This document shows, one piece after another, positions 11,849-22,420 of a stretch of DNA of 23,642 nt. Numbering within the stretch: the stretch's first letter is position 1; the number at the start of each line of letters is the position of its first letter. Origin of the DNA: Vezdaea acicularis (Eukaryota); contig JAPEUI010000034.1 of the NCBI GenBank assembly GCA_026025075.1, positions 124,001-147,642 of the forward strand. The letters are read 5' to 3'. Below the pieces are notes generated by a model. The model worked only from the letters and a program-made list of their open reading frames with translations. It was not told the origin of the DNA and did not search any database. A program made the translations under genes and the position numbers.

Positions 11849-11955
11849 TGTAAGGATAGGCTAGTGCTTCGTCAAGAGATAAGAATCTATAGGCGTGTGA
11901 GCTAACTCCTAAGAACTCAAGAACTTGCAGGTAAAAGCTGAATGCAATGACAGTG

Positions 11956-12296
11956 TGTTGGGACACGGGGCGTCCTGGCATCAATACGTTAGGGCACGGG
12001 GCGTTCTGTCAGTAAACGGTGTTTATGAAGAAGTTGTTCTATTTATCTACCTAGGGGATTCATCTATATATAGAGCAAAGGGCATCCGGTTATGACTGCC
12101 TGGACAAGACAACGCTGCTAGTCGCGGTAGGCGCTGTCTGTCCTAGGGCAGTCGCATGACGTACAAGCGCTGCCCCTATTAGTAGACGCCATACAATCGC
12201 TCCTTATCCTTGCGTCCAGATGCCACTACCCTTTAGCCCCTATGTCCGGGCGATGCTTCCTCCTGTTCAGACGCCCCCTACCTTATGTCCCATAAC
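11956..12296. repeat. Unclassified insertion, possibly a further LTR
   Basis: Interrupts LTR C; starts TGTTGGGACA, ends near TGTCCCATAAC; has a TATATA box. No TSD and no second copy in the window. Confidence 0.35.
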
Positions 12297-12938
12297 GTAT
12301 AGATATAACAATATAATGGAAGAATTGCAATTGCATGAATAGACTCTAAGAACTAGCTATGTGTAATGACTGTACTAGCCCCTAGCTTCTATCAAGTCTT
12401 TTGGGATGAATAAGGGGTAAGGAGGCTAGCTTCGCTTCAGCTTCGCTTCTGCTTCGCCTAGCTCTCTAGCACCTAGCATAAGGCCAGGTGGTCCTTAGAT
12501 CACCTGACATAGACGAGCGTAGCTATTAGAGCTGCCGCTTCCCTTAGGATAGCTCTTTAGCAATCAACTCATCTATTCATCTGAATAACTAGTAGGAAGG
12601 CATCCTCGCTTTGCTTCATCTGACCTTTCTCCTATCTTGCCTTGCCTCGTCTTGCCTCGCCCCAGTACTATCACTGCACCTAGTCTTCGTCTGCAAGTTC
12701 TTGAGTCCTTGGGAGTTAGCTCACACGCCTACAGACCCTCGCTCCCTAACAAAGCACTGGCCTGTCCTTACACTATGAGCCAAAACTATTCGATGCCAAG
12801 TCCTTAACAGGACCGGCTTAATATATATGTCAGGAGCGCGTTGATAAAACGTCCTCTGAGCGCCGCCGGTCTCCAAGCAAAGACAGCCGTCTAAGGCACG
12901 CCGGCGCGCCTTAGGCGGATGCCATTGCGTTTCTTACA
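12297..12938 (-). repeat. Partial family B LTR (reverse), interrupted by solo LTR C
   Basis: 12773-12938 and 12301-12361 are contiguous reverse-complement matches to 4944-~5170. Confidence 0.82.
12362..12772 (-). mobile_element. Intact solo LTR (family C, 411 bp)
   Basis: TGTAA...TTACA termini with perfect 5-bp TSD CTATG (12357-12361, 12773-12777). Strand inferred from the PPT-linked copy at 11849. Confidence 0.9.
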
Positions 12939-13179
12939 GCTTTATTACTAGTTATTCAGATAAATAAATAAGTTGATTACTGAGGAGCTATCCTAAGACA
13001 AACAGCAGCTCTAATAATTACTCTCGTCTATGTCAGATGATCTAAAGATCATCTGGCCTTATGCTAGGTGCTAGGGGATTAGGCAAAGCAAAAACAAAGC
13101 TGAAATGAGGCTAGCTTTCCTATCTTTTATTTATCCTAAAGATTTTGATAGAAGCTAAGGACTAGTACAGCCATTACAT

Positions 13180-13387
13180 AATAGATAACATGATGTTATA
13201 TAAAAAAATGTTAATACCTAGCTTATGATTCAAAACTATTTAATGCCAAGTCCTTAATTGGTTCAACTTAATATATATTTTAAGGGCACACTGACCAAGC
13301 ATTCTTTAATAATCAGCAGGCCGTAAGTAAAAATAATTATTTAAGACCCGCCAGCATGTCTTAAGCAGTCAATGCAATGTTTTTATA
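13180..13387 (-). repeat. Heavily AT-mutated family B LTR fragment
   Basis: Colinear with 12773-12938 (e.g. CAAAACTATT.ATGCCAAGTCCTTAA); ends TTTTATA versus TCTTACA. Confidence 0.75.
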
Positions 13388-13923
13388 AGTATGGACATCT
13401 GAGTCATTAATTTGAGAATATGGACATTTAAATCTTTTATTAAAATATCAATGCTAATTTCCTTGTTTATACTAAATTTTCAACTCATAATGTAATTAAT
13501 TTTTGCAATATTCAAATATTAAAATAATTAATGTCTATTTTAACATTCCATTTATATATTTGTTCTTTTTTTACAATTCAAGTGGAATTTTTTTTGGCAA
13601 CCTCAGTAATTATGAGCTATTGAACTTGTAATGCTTGTCATTTCCACCTGTGATTGTCATGCCTTGGAACAGATAGAGTGGTTGTGCGGTGAAAATGCCA
13701 GGACCGGATTATACTGCAGATACTCTGGCACAAAGCGTTTCTGACACCTCTCTACCGTAGACTCTTTGCTTATTTGCTTCGCATCCAAGATTGTAATCCA
13801 TATTCCATTCTCCCATCGCGTCAATCGCCCAGTCCTTATCAGCAAGGAAATCTCTGAGGAGCGGTAACAAATTCCCTAGTAAAGCCCCCCTTCAGGTGCC
13901 CCTATCCCCAGCGATTGTCATGA

Positions 13924-15525
13924 TCAATTGAATTGCCCCCCGTAATATAAATACCCGCAATTCCCATTGGACACAATATATGTAAACCCATTATCTTGAG
14001 GGTTCGCCAAATACGCGCCTATCCTCAGCGCAAAAAGCCACTATCAGTACATCTTTCAAAAATCTCCAGGCCACCCAATCGCGCTCAAGGGTGGGGGAAA
14101 CCTTACGGCTAAACGCGCTTTGCGAACTACACTGCCCACTCTGCACCTGAATGCACTGTCCATACTGATCCTGGCTGCCTACCGAGAAGAAAGTGCCCGC
14201 ACACGTATTGCTGAGCTGGCAATCGACACAGCAGTCATAAGGGGTGGCGGGGTTGCTGATGATGAACGAATTTGTGCCAGTGATGGCTTCAATGAGGCCG
14301 TTGGGGGATTGGGGACCTAGGATATTGGAGCTGAGGGATGTGCATGCTGCGTAGACGGTTGATGTGCTTGTTATCGTTAGGGTCGAGGTCGTGGATGTTG
14401 TAACTGTGGTGTGAGCTGTGCTGGTTGTGTCGGTCGAGACTGTTACGGTTGTTGTGAAGGAGGAGGTTGTTGAGACGTCCTATAGGTGAGAAAGAGGGTT
14501 AGAATGTGAGGATGTAATGGAGGAGGAAGGCGTACTGGCGGGACTACTGTAGATGTGGATGTTGCTGTGACAGTTATGGTGGTGGTGGACGTTGCTGGTG
14601 CAAGAGTTGTGGTTGAGGTGGTCGTAGTGCGGACGTAGATGATTGTAAATAGGATTTCGATGTATTTGGTACCTGATCCTGTCTTTTAGCGCGACGAAAC
14701 ATCATTGGAGTGTTCAAAGTTGCACATACAGTAAACACCTTGCGGATAGGATGATTTGCAAATGCCGCCTTTCCTCCCTTCTCGTGCCATGAGCTCGTTT
14801 CTTGCTACGACCTCACCTCGTGCCACGAGCTCATCTCGGGCTACGGGCTCGTCTCGTGCCACTAGCTTGTCTCGCGCCATGAATCTCATCGGACTGTTCG
14901 GATAGGCTGTAGCAGTAGTTGACTCAACAGGCAAAAAGCCAGAGCTTGTGGGAACAGTTGAGACGACATTTGTGGTGGTTGTCTCGGAGAAGGTAGAAGT
15001 CACAGTGGATGTACTAGTAACGACTGTACTCTGCGTCGTAGTAGTAAAGATGGTCGTTGTGGTTGAGAATGTATCGGTCACAGCGGTGTTTGTTGTTGTG
15101 ACCGTAACCTAAGTGATTTGCAATTTGCAAGGTTAGGATATCTTCTTTGGAATACATGGCAGGAAAGATTTGCAAGATCAAGCATATATCTCGCGATCCA
15201 GAGAACAATATTAACGACATGGCAACGGCAAGACAACGACAGGAAGATCTTTCGGAAAGGTACGCACCGTTGTCTGTGTTGTGCCAGTCTGCGTAATGGG
15301 TGGCGGTGTGACGGTGGAGATTGGTGTAGAGACCGAAGTGCCAACCGAAGCCAAGAAACTTATCGTCTTGGTTGCCGTGGTCGTCTGCAGCGGCGGAGTG
15401 ATGCTCCTTGGACCATAGGAGGTGCTACATTTGAGTACGGAGCTGGTACTCGACTGCACTGTAAACGAGCCAGCAAACGAGAGTGGCGCCAAGGCCAAAG
15501 CAAGCCAGCAATGCTTGAACAACAT
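13924..15525 (-). CDS. Secreted Thr/Ser-rich protein with Cys-rich (Apple/PAN-like) C-terminal module (~413 aa, 5 exons)
   Basis: Exons 15525-15268, 15108-14730, 14672-14536, 14479-14107, 14018-13924 give 1242 nt in frame with GT-AG introns. Signal peptide MLFKHCWLALALAPLSFA, Thr tracts, YAAC, YDCCVDCQLSNTCAG, VSNGNCG. The domain name is inference. Confidence 0.85.
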
Positions 15526-16121
15526 GGTGAACGATGTGAGATGTCTAACAACTGCGGGAAGTATGATCCAGCAGACTGGTTTGGTAGAGAAGGATATGGA
15601 TCTGAACTCGAGTTTGGCTGCCTGATCTTAACAAGCCATATGACGGTCTTGACAGATACACTTCACTCGACGGGCCGAATGTAAGAGGGTTATTAAGAGC
15701 CATATAAGGTCATTCTAGAGCCACATGACGCGATCTTCATTTGCTCCCGACGCCGTAGAATATGGGGATTGATGACCACCGGGCCCTGAAGCTGGCCATT
15801 TCGTCCGAACCATATATTGGGATGTTAAGGCCAGATCCGGTTACGGCCAACATAGTGGCTTGCCATCCTAGCTCTCTCATCATTCGCTCTCGACAGCATA
15901 TTGCTTTTTTCAGTCGCTCCTTCCACCCGTAGCGTATGGCGATTGATTGTCATCAGACCCGAATATGGACGCTTGAGGACGTGCCGATTATCTGCTTTCC
16001 ACCTCCGCATTAGCAGTGTAACATCAAGATCCTCCCGCATGATCAGATCAGACCTTCCGCATGGTCAGATCAGATCACTGGCGTCCATTAGCGCTAGTTT
16101 GCCGCAAAAGTAGAGCGGGGT

Positions 16122-16403
16122 CGAAGCGGTGGACAAAATTGATGGCGCATTAAAAGGGGCTTCCCCCATAGCTAAAAGCTTCACCCACGAAAGTACAAAA
16201 TGGCCCTGCCAGGCAGCAGATATAACCCGGAACATGATAATCTAACAAGCGCAAGGAGTAACTTAGTACTACTGAGCTAATACTAAGAATATTCATCATT
16301 GATTGCCAACGATATCGGAACTGCTGAAAGTAACGCATGTCAAAAGATAAACATGCCCACTAACTTATTCACTTATGCGCCATCAGCTTTGTCCCCCGCT
16401 TCG
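16122..16403. mobile_element. MITE-like element (282 bp, ~29-bp TIRs) between 36-bp direct repeats
   Basis: Left CGAAGCGGTGGACAAAATTGATGGCGCAT versus right reverse complement CGAAGCGGGGGACAAAGCTGATGGCGCAT. Flanks 16086-16121 and 16404-16439 are identical. Confidence 0.8.
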
Positions 16404-16724
16404 CATTAGCGCTAGTTTGCCGCAAAAGTAGAGCGGGGTTGCAACCAGTGCGTCCAGTTAGGTAGAATCGGCGGGATGAACCGTTCCGATTCTGCACTAG
16501 TCCCGGAATAAGGTTGGCACCTTCAGCAATACAAAGCGGCCAATGTACGGCATCTCCCCTCGATTGCAGCTCTTTGCAACATAGTTATGATACAATCGAT
16601 TCTTTTTGAATTCATCGCGTCATCGCATTTATCACTTCTTTAGAATTCATCAGTCGCGTCATTATCGTCATCAGGTTGTGTCGTTGCATTCATCACATTC
16701 ATGTGAAACTCAATCCAATCCACG

Positions 16725-18551
16725 TGTCATGAACCTGCCTTCCCGTGACCGCTGCTACGGCAAGCACCCTTGGCATGCGGTTTTTCGTAAGCGAGTGCCT
16801 TTACGAATGGGTGGATGGTAGCCCTTCGACCGCCTATTCGTAAAGGCATGAACCATTAGCGAGCTATTAGCTACCGGCTGCCTGCGCTTCAAGCGCTCGA
16901 AGCCTGAGGCGGCCGGCTTCACCCTGGGGTCGCTGGGGCGCTCTCGCAAGCGCTTGAAGCGCCCAAAGCTCCGGGCAGCTGGCTTCGCTCCGGGCTCGCT
17001 GGGGCGCTGCTTCAAGCGCTTAAAGCGCTTGAAGCCTGAAGCGGCCGGCTTTGCCCTGAGCTTGCTAGGGTGCTTCCGCAAGCGTTTGAAGCGCTCTGAG
17101 CCTGGAGCGCTCCCGCGAGTGCTTGAAGCACTTGAAGCGCTTGGTTTCCCTGGCAGCTGGTTCCGCTCCAGGCTCGCTGGAAGTTCTGCTTCAAGTGCTT
17201 GAAGCGCTTGAAGCGCGGAGTAGCCGGCTCTGCTCCAGGCTTACTAGAGCTCTGTTTTAAGCACTTGAAGCACTTAAAGCCTTAGGCGACCGGCTCCGCT
17301 TTAGACTTGCTGAAGCGTTCCTATAAGTGTTTTAAGTGCTTTAAATGCTTGAAATTTAATACATTCATTTTTGCAATGTGTTTATTGAATCAAAAATTTT
17401 AAATCTTTACGCAATTGCAGTTTTGCTTATACTTGGTATTTTAATTTCTTCAAGTATTCTAAAAATAATAAATTAATCATGATACAACATGTATCAATAT
17501 GAACTGCATAAAGTTTTAAATATCACAAATGAAATAAATGAACGCATCTATTAAATCTAATTGATTTATGCTTCAATTATTTTTAAAATATCAAATTGCA
17601 AGGAATTTTTTAAAAATGTTAGTATTAGTTATTTTCAAATATGATTTGTTTTATTGCTCAAAAAAATTCTTGATAAAATCATACCAATGTTTTTCCATTA
17701 ATTATTTTCATCAATATCTAATAAGATTTCAACTATTTTTATCAATTATTTTCTTTTTTAATATTAAATTAATTAATTAAAAATTAATAATATTAAGATA
17801 CTAAAATATTCCATTCAATAATTGAAATAATTTTTTTAGCAGTGCAAAACGCTCAAAATAGGCAATTTGAGCGTGGAATGCATTGCGCTTCAAGTGCTTC
17901 AAGCGTTCCAAGCGCTCATAGAAGCGCTCTAGCAAACTCGATGAGAAGCTAGCTGCCGGGAACTTGAAGCGCTTAAAGCACTTCAAGCGCTCTTGAAAGC
18001 GCCTCAGCAAGCCTAGGGCACAGCCGATTGCTTTGGGCTTCAAGTGCTTCAAGCACTTGAAGCAGCGCTTGCGGCAGCACCCCAGCGAGCCCGAAGCAAA
18101 GCCGGCTGCCCCAGGCTTGGAGCGCTTCAAGCGCTTGTGGGAGCGCCCCAGCAAGCCCGGGGCGAAGCCAACTGCCCCAGGCTTCGAGCGCTTAAAGCGC
18201 AGGCAGCCGGTAGCTAATAGCTCGCTAATGGTTCATGCCTTTACGAATAGGCGGTCGAAGGGCTACCATCCACCTATTCGTAAAGGCACTCGCTTACGAA
18301 AAACCGCATGCCAAGGGTGACGGCAAGCCTGCGCTACCCCTGCGTCACGTGACCGCTGTCATATAGCAAAGCGGGGAAGCGCTGTAGAATAGCTCCCTAG
18401 TATTCAATCGTATAGATACTTACTATTGACTACTAAACCATTCTACCATCTATTGCGAGCCCCCTGCGTGTGTACTGCGTGCCTACTGCGTCCCGCATCA
18501 CTTATCCGAATTGATCCTAGCCGCTCCCTGCTCGTACGCTATATTCTCACA
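16725..18551. mobile_element. Solo LTR (~264 bp) split by the foldback element
   Basis: TGTCATGAA...TTCTCACA termini and 5-bp TSD CCACG (16720-16724, 18552-18556). Confidence 0.75.
16765..18319. mobile_element. Non-autonomous foldback-type TIR element (1555 bp), 8-bp TSD
   Basis: 16765-16906 and 18178-18319 are inverted repeats with 2 mismatches in 142 bp. TSD ACGGCAAG (16757-16764, 18320-18327). Subterminal ~66-bp arrays, AT-rich core, no transposase. Confidence 0.92.
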
Positions 18552-19406
18552 CCACGTACTCAATTTTCAGGCATCTGATAACCTGGGCTGATGGGCTCGT
18601 CTTGCGCTTTCCCGACTCGATCCGACCTGATGGACATGCAGCTAGTCGGTCGAGGCTAGAGAATGATGCAGTAGCAAGAATTGTGGCTGGCGATTGTGTG
18701 TTTGTCGAGCGATCTCGCCTCTTCTCTTGCTCATTGCTGCCCTATAGGTAGGGGACAGGTCTCGAGGTAAGGATTTATGAGGCCAACGACGATGGCCAAG
18801 TAGAGAATTGTGGCTGACGATAACTCGTATGTTGATTGATCTGGGCCCCTTCCGCGCAAATCGTTCTCTTATGAGTGGAGAAGATGTCAGACTTTTGTGA
18901 TCAGGTTGATCTGTCTTAGCTCCCGAGCGTCAGCTGTCCCATTGGACAAAGAACCCTGACGAAAAGCGGGAAGGGCCGCCAAAGATTGGAGGATGCAGCT
19001 CGTGGGGTCACGCTAAAAGCTCACCGGGTCATTCCGGCAATTTCCGTTGACCCTCTGAGCCTTAAGCGAGGGTATCTCGACATCTTTATTTAAGCACTAT
19101 TAAATGTAAGCTAAATGCAATTAGTTTGTTGTCTACCTATACACATATGCCTTAAAATAATGACATATTAGATGAATAAAAGAAAAAAAATCAACAAGAT
19201 TAAATGTTATTATAATATATTTTTCTTCAATCATCTTTTGAGAAATAAAAATATTCCATCAATTATTTTTGTTCTAATGCATCTGACAATACTTGGATTA
19301 AAGATAAGGATCAATAGTTTTCCTCGCAAAATGACTAGAGCAAATGATTTTTTAAATGAAATGACTAGGATGAATGGTTTTCAATAATAACTGGCTAGAA
19401 TCGGTA

Positions 19407-19562
19407 CGAAGCGGTGGACGATGTTGATGCCGCATAAACAGGAGTTCTTCGATATATCAATTGAACGAATGTCTTACTGAGTGCAGGCAGTTCTTGATTT
19501 CTGGGTATTATACCATATATTAGCGGTCTCGTAAAATGTACAACACTTACGTGTCCTCACTG
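19407..19562. repeat. Juxtaposed fragments of the two MITE families
   Basis: 19407-19450 resembles the left end of 16122-16403 (here preceded by TA). ~19480-19562 is a reverse copy of the left end of 23126-23375. Confidence 0.65.
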
Positions 19563-20773
19563 TGGACAATTTACGACTTGGCGATAGTGGAAGTGTTGAG
19601 CTGTACGCGATGATTGCGGGAAACGGAGGGCCAGGTTATGAGCAAGCGCTTTACTCTCTTCTATCCCTTGCCTGTCTAAAAGTTCTGCATGTATTGAATA
19701 TCGTCCAACTACCCGACTATCATTTGAGTTGGTCCGATCCGCTGAATTCCCACTACATATTTCCATCACATTTGATTCCGGCTAGAGCTCCAGTTATGCT
19801 ATTCTTATCCAGCAGCTATTCTTTGAATCCCACCCAGCTCTCCGCTTCTAGATCATTAATCCAACTCCATCCTCAGCGCTGCCCATTTCTCAATCTCGTT
19901 GCTGTGGACCTACCTGCCGCCTTGCTTGTTCTTGAAGGATTTTTTTCGCCTCTCTATAAGGGACCTTTGACACTGCAATTTTCGAAATCGTCAACAATGA
20001 CAGGGTAACCTCCAAAGTCGCCTTCTAAATCACTATTTAAAACCGGAGAACTTTCGGTACTATTATTGGAGACACTAATGATGATGGGATAACCCTTATG
20101 AAGCCCTCTGGTATGGTTAAGTAACGGATAACCGTAGATTAACTCATGAAGCGTCGAAAACTGCGCTTCATCGTCCGAAGACCACGCACGTTTGCCGGAG
20201 TCCCGAATGCTATTCAAGGGTGATTGAATCGGGATTTGCCTCTTTTGTTCTCGCTGCCCGTTCACCAACACTAACGAGAGTGAAGGCGCGGTCAAAACGA
20301 TTGTCGTCAACCGTATTGATCAAGGGTGACAAGTCGTAGTGGTATTGAGGACTATAGAAGTTGAACTGACTATGGAGAACTGTGAGGCCATCACGGTACG
20401 CGGTGGAAAAATAAGCAAGTCTAGGTATTTACCGGTAATGGAGTTCCTCATAAGGAAGTGGATATTGTAGGGCGTACCTGCAACGCATTAATTGTGTGAA
20501 GAAAAGATATTGGTGTCCTGATCTATAGGTTCTGGCCAGGCGCTCTCCGTGATCGAGTCCGCAAAGACACAAATATTACTATTTCTACCCCTTGGTTTCC
20601 TAAGTTCTTGCCAGTCTTTGATCAGGTCCGCGAAGAGACAAAGTCTCGATCTGCTATGTTTCGCTTTCCCACATTTTTCACAACTCTTGAACTCCTCCGC
20701 TGGGTTGAACGCCTCGAACCCTCGTCGTCAATCTGATGCCACTACCGTCACAAATCTCCCCATCTAGATGCCC

Positions 20774-22420
20774 TCACACTATCCAAGTGATCTGGGATGT
20801 TGCCTGCGTGACACCAAGTTCTTGTTGTGCCTCGACGCCAGTCGTATACGGTGACAGGTGCGCGTAGTTGTTCTCTGCCTGCGCGATCCACACCTCGACT
20901 TTCTTGCTCTCCGTATTGGCAGATTTGATCATGTACAAGTCTCCATTCGCGCCGATATTGATAATTTCCGAGCCGAATTTGAAAGGGACGGCAACAGACT
21001 GGCTAGTTTTGGAGTCCCCTAGATAGTTCGCATTCCCGCGAAGGCAACGAATTCGGAGGGATGATGCATCCTGCTGGTTGTCTTTGTTGATCAAATATAG
21101 ATCTCCACCACTGATGGTGAATTTGTCTGCCGTGACGGAAGCTTCGAAGCCTGTCACATAGCGTTGAATGGTCTGGAAGTGCTGCTCGCACGGGGCAAAA
21201 TAAACCTCAATAAAGCCACTGCTGGTATTTTTCATCTTGATGAAATACAAGTCCCCATTGTCGATCGTAAAGACACCATTTGCCACAAGCTTGGATCTGA
21301 AAGCCGTGACGATGGGTTTATCATACTCGGACTCGTAAAATGCAGGGCCAGGCACGCGAATGACTTCGACAAAGTCTTCAGCCGTCTCGGTTCTGATGTG
21401 ATAGAGGTCACCGTTATCGACTAATAAATCTCGTCCGGAAACATTCTTGTTCAAGATCGGTGTAATTGCAAGAACAGGAGGAGCGCTGTAGGTTGCCTGC
21501 GAGCTGTCTGCGGAAGCAGTGACAATGGTGTTGATTTCGAGGAACAAAAACTTCTTCGAGGGCTTTTCCGGAGGTGGAAGTATGTAATAAACATGGTCCG
21601 AAGGCTTTTCCGGAGGTGGAAGAATATAATGAACATGGTTCAGACTTGGTTTTGGGAGTTTCAGAGGGGTATTCGTAAGCTTCTCAAACTCGTTGCGCAG
21701 TTGATTCAGATTCACGCCCTTCATGAAGCGGCGGCTTGCGAGATGTTCCGGCCAAACAACCACCCAAGCCTCTACCATTCGATTCGCGGCGAATTCTTTG
21801 GTGACCTGGACCGTTTGCCCCCAGGTCACCAATTTCAGACTGCTGTTGTCTGAATAGCCCCCGACGAGCACTGAGTGTGACTCGGGAGGCTCATTCGAAC
21901 TGGTTGGAGGGGTCCAAGGTTGTCGATAGTCGAACTCGTCCCTGTTTGACGTTTTGACCTGCAACCCAACCCACACACTGCCGAATATGGCCAGAGCTTG
22001 GCGAATCTCATCCAAATTTTCAGTGATCTTGACCTCTGCAAATGCGATTGCACGCACTCCGTCAGGCCCGCCATTGTCGACGAGATACTTTAGAAGATCC
22101 TGAATGGCTACACCTTGTTTCGGGTCGAAGTTTGGATTTTGAGTCCGATAGAGCTCCATCACCTGATGCATGGAAGGATAGACCTCACGGCCGGTGAGCT
22201 TCGAAGTCACCAGCCGCCGCATGTTAGCCCATGTCACAGGCACGCAGTTGGCATAGCGATCATTTCCGAGCTTCTTCCATGTTCTGAAAGGAGCAAGGTA
22301 GTCCGCAGCTGATGGTAAGACGAGAGGCTCAAGTTTGGGCTGGACTGATGTTTCGGCCACGAGGTTTGCGAATTGAATGGCCGGACCTGGGCTGTCAGGG
22401 ATGTAGCACCCACAAAACAT
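20774..22420 (-). CDS. Papain-fold (C1-like) cysteine peptidase domain plus four ~50-aa NGDLY repeats (beta-propeller-like); intronless
   Basis: 548-aa ORF. LGNDRYANCV (nucleophile Cys), ESHSVLVGGY (His), LVTWG; repeats DNGDLYHI, DNGDLYFIK, SGGDLYLI, ANGDLYMIK..NT..KVEV. Confidence 0.8.
   Translation of the reverse strand: MFCGCYIPDSPGPAIQFANLVAETSVQPKLEPLVLPSAADYLAPFRTWKKLGNDRYANCVPVTWANMRRLVTSKLTGREVYPSMHQVMELYRTQNPNFDPKQGVAIQDLLKYLVDNGGPDGVRAIAFAEVKITENLDEIRQALAIFGSVWVGLQVKTSNRDEFDYRQPWTPPTSSNEPPESHSVLVGGYSDNSSLKLVTWGQTVQVTKEFAANRMVEAWVVVWPEHLASRRFMKGVNLNQLRNEFEKLTNTPLKLPKPSLNHVHYILPPPEKPSDHVYYILPPPEKPSKKFLFLEINTIVTASADSSQATYSAPPVLAITPILNKNVSGRDLLVDNGDLYHIRTETAEDFVEVIRVPGPAFYESEYDKPIVTAFRSKLVANGVFTIDNGDLYFIKMKNTSSGFIEVYFAPCEQHFQTIQRYVTGFEASVTADKFTISGGDLYLINKDNQQDASSLRIRCLRGNANYLGDSKTSQSVAVPFKFGSEIINIGANGDLYMIKSANTESKKVEVWIAQAENNYAHLSPYTTGVEAQQELGVTQATSQITWIV

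Larger units (their letters stand above)
11849..13178 (+). repeat. Family C LTR split by nested insertions (pieces 11849-11955 and 12939-13178)
   Basis: Both pieces are reverse complements of the two ends of 12362-12772. Starts TGTAAGG, ends CATTACA; about 60 bp are missing. Confidence 0.8.

Noticed and set aside
16755..18320. Basic KRFKRLK-repeat ORFs on both strands
   Set aside because: They are translations of the 9/66-bp repeats and TIRs of the foldback element; mirrored ORFs result from the inverted repeat.
19080..19390. AT-rich tract with 71-aa ORF
   Set aside because: Probably a mutated repeat relic; no homolog in the window and the ORF composition reflects AT bias.
19562..20767. ORFs 19562-20008, 19954-20310, 20549-20767 as a gene
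   Set aside because: Non-ATG starts, no motif and no consistent splice model; a decayed gene cannot be excluded.
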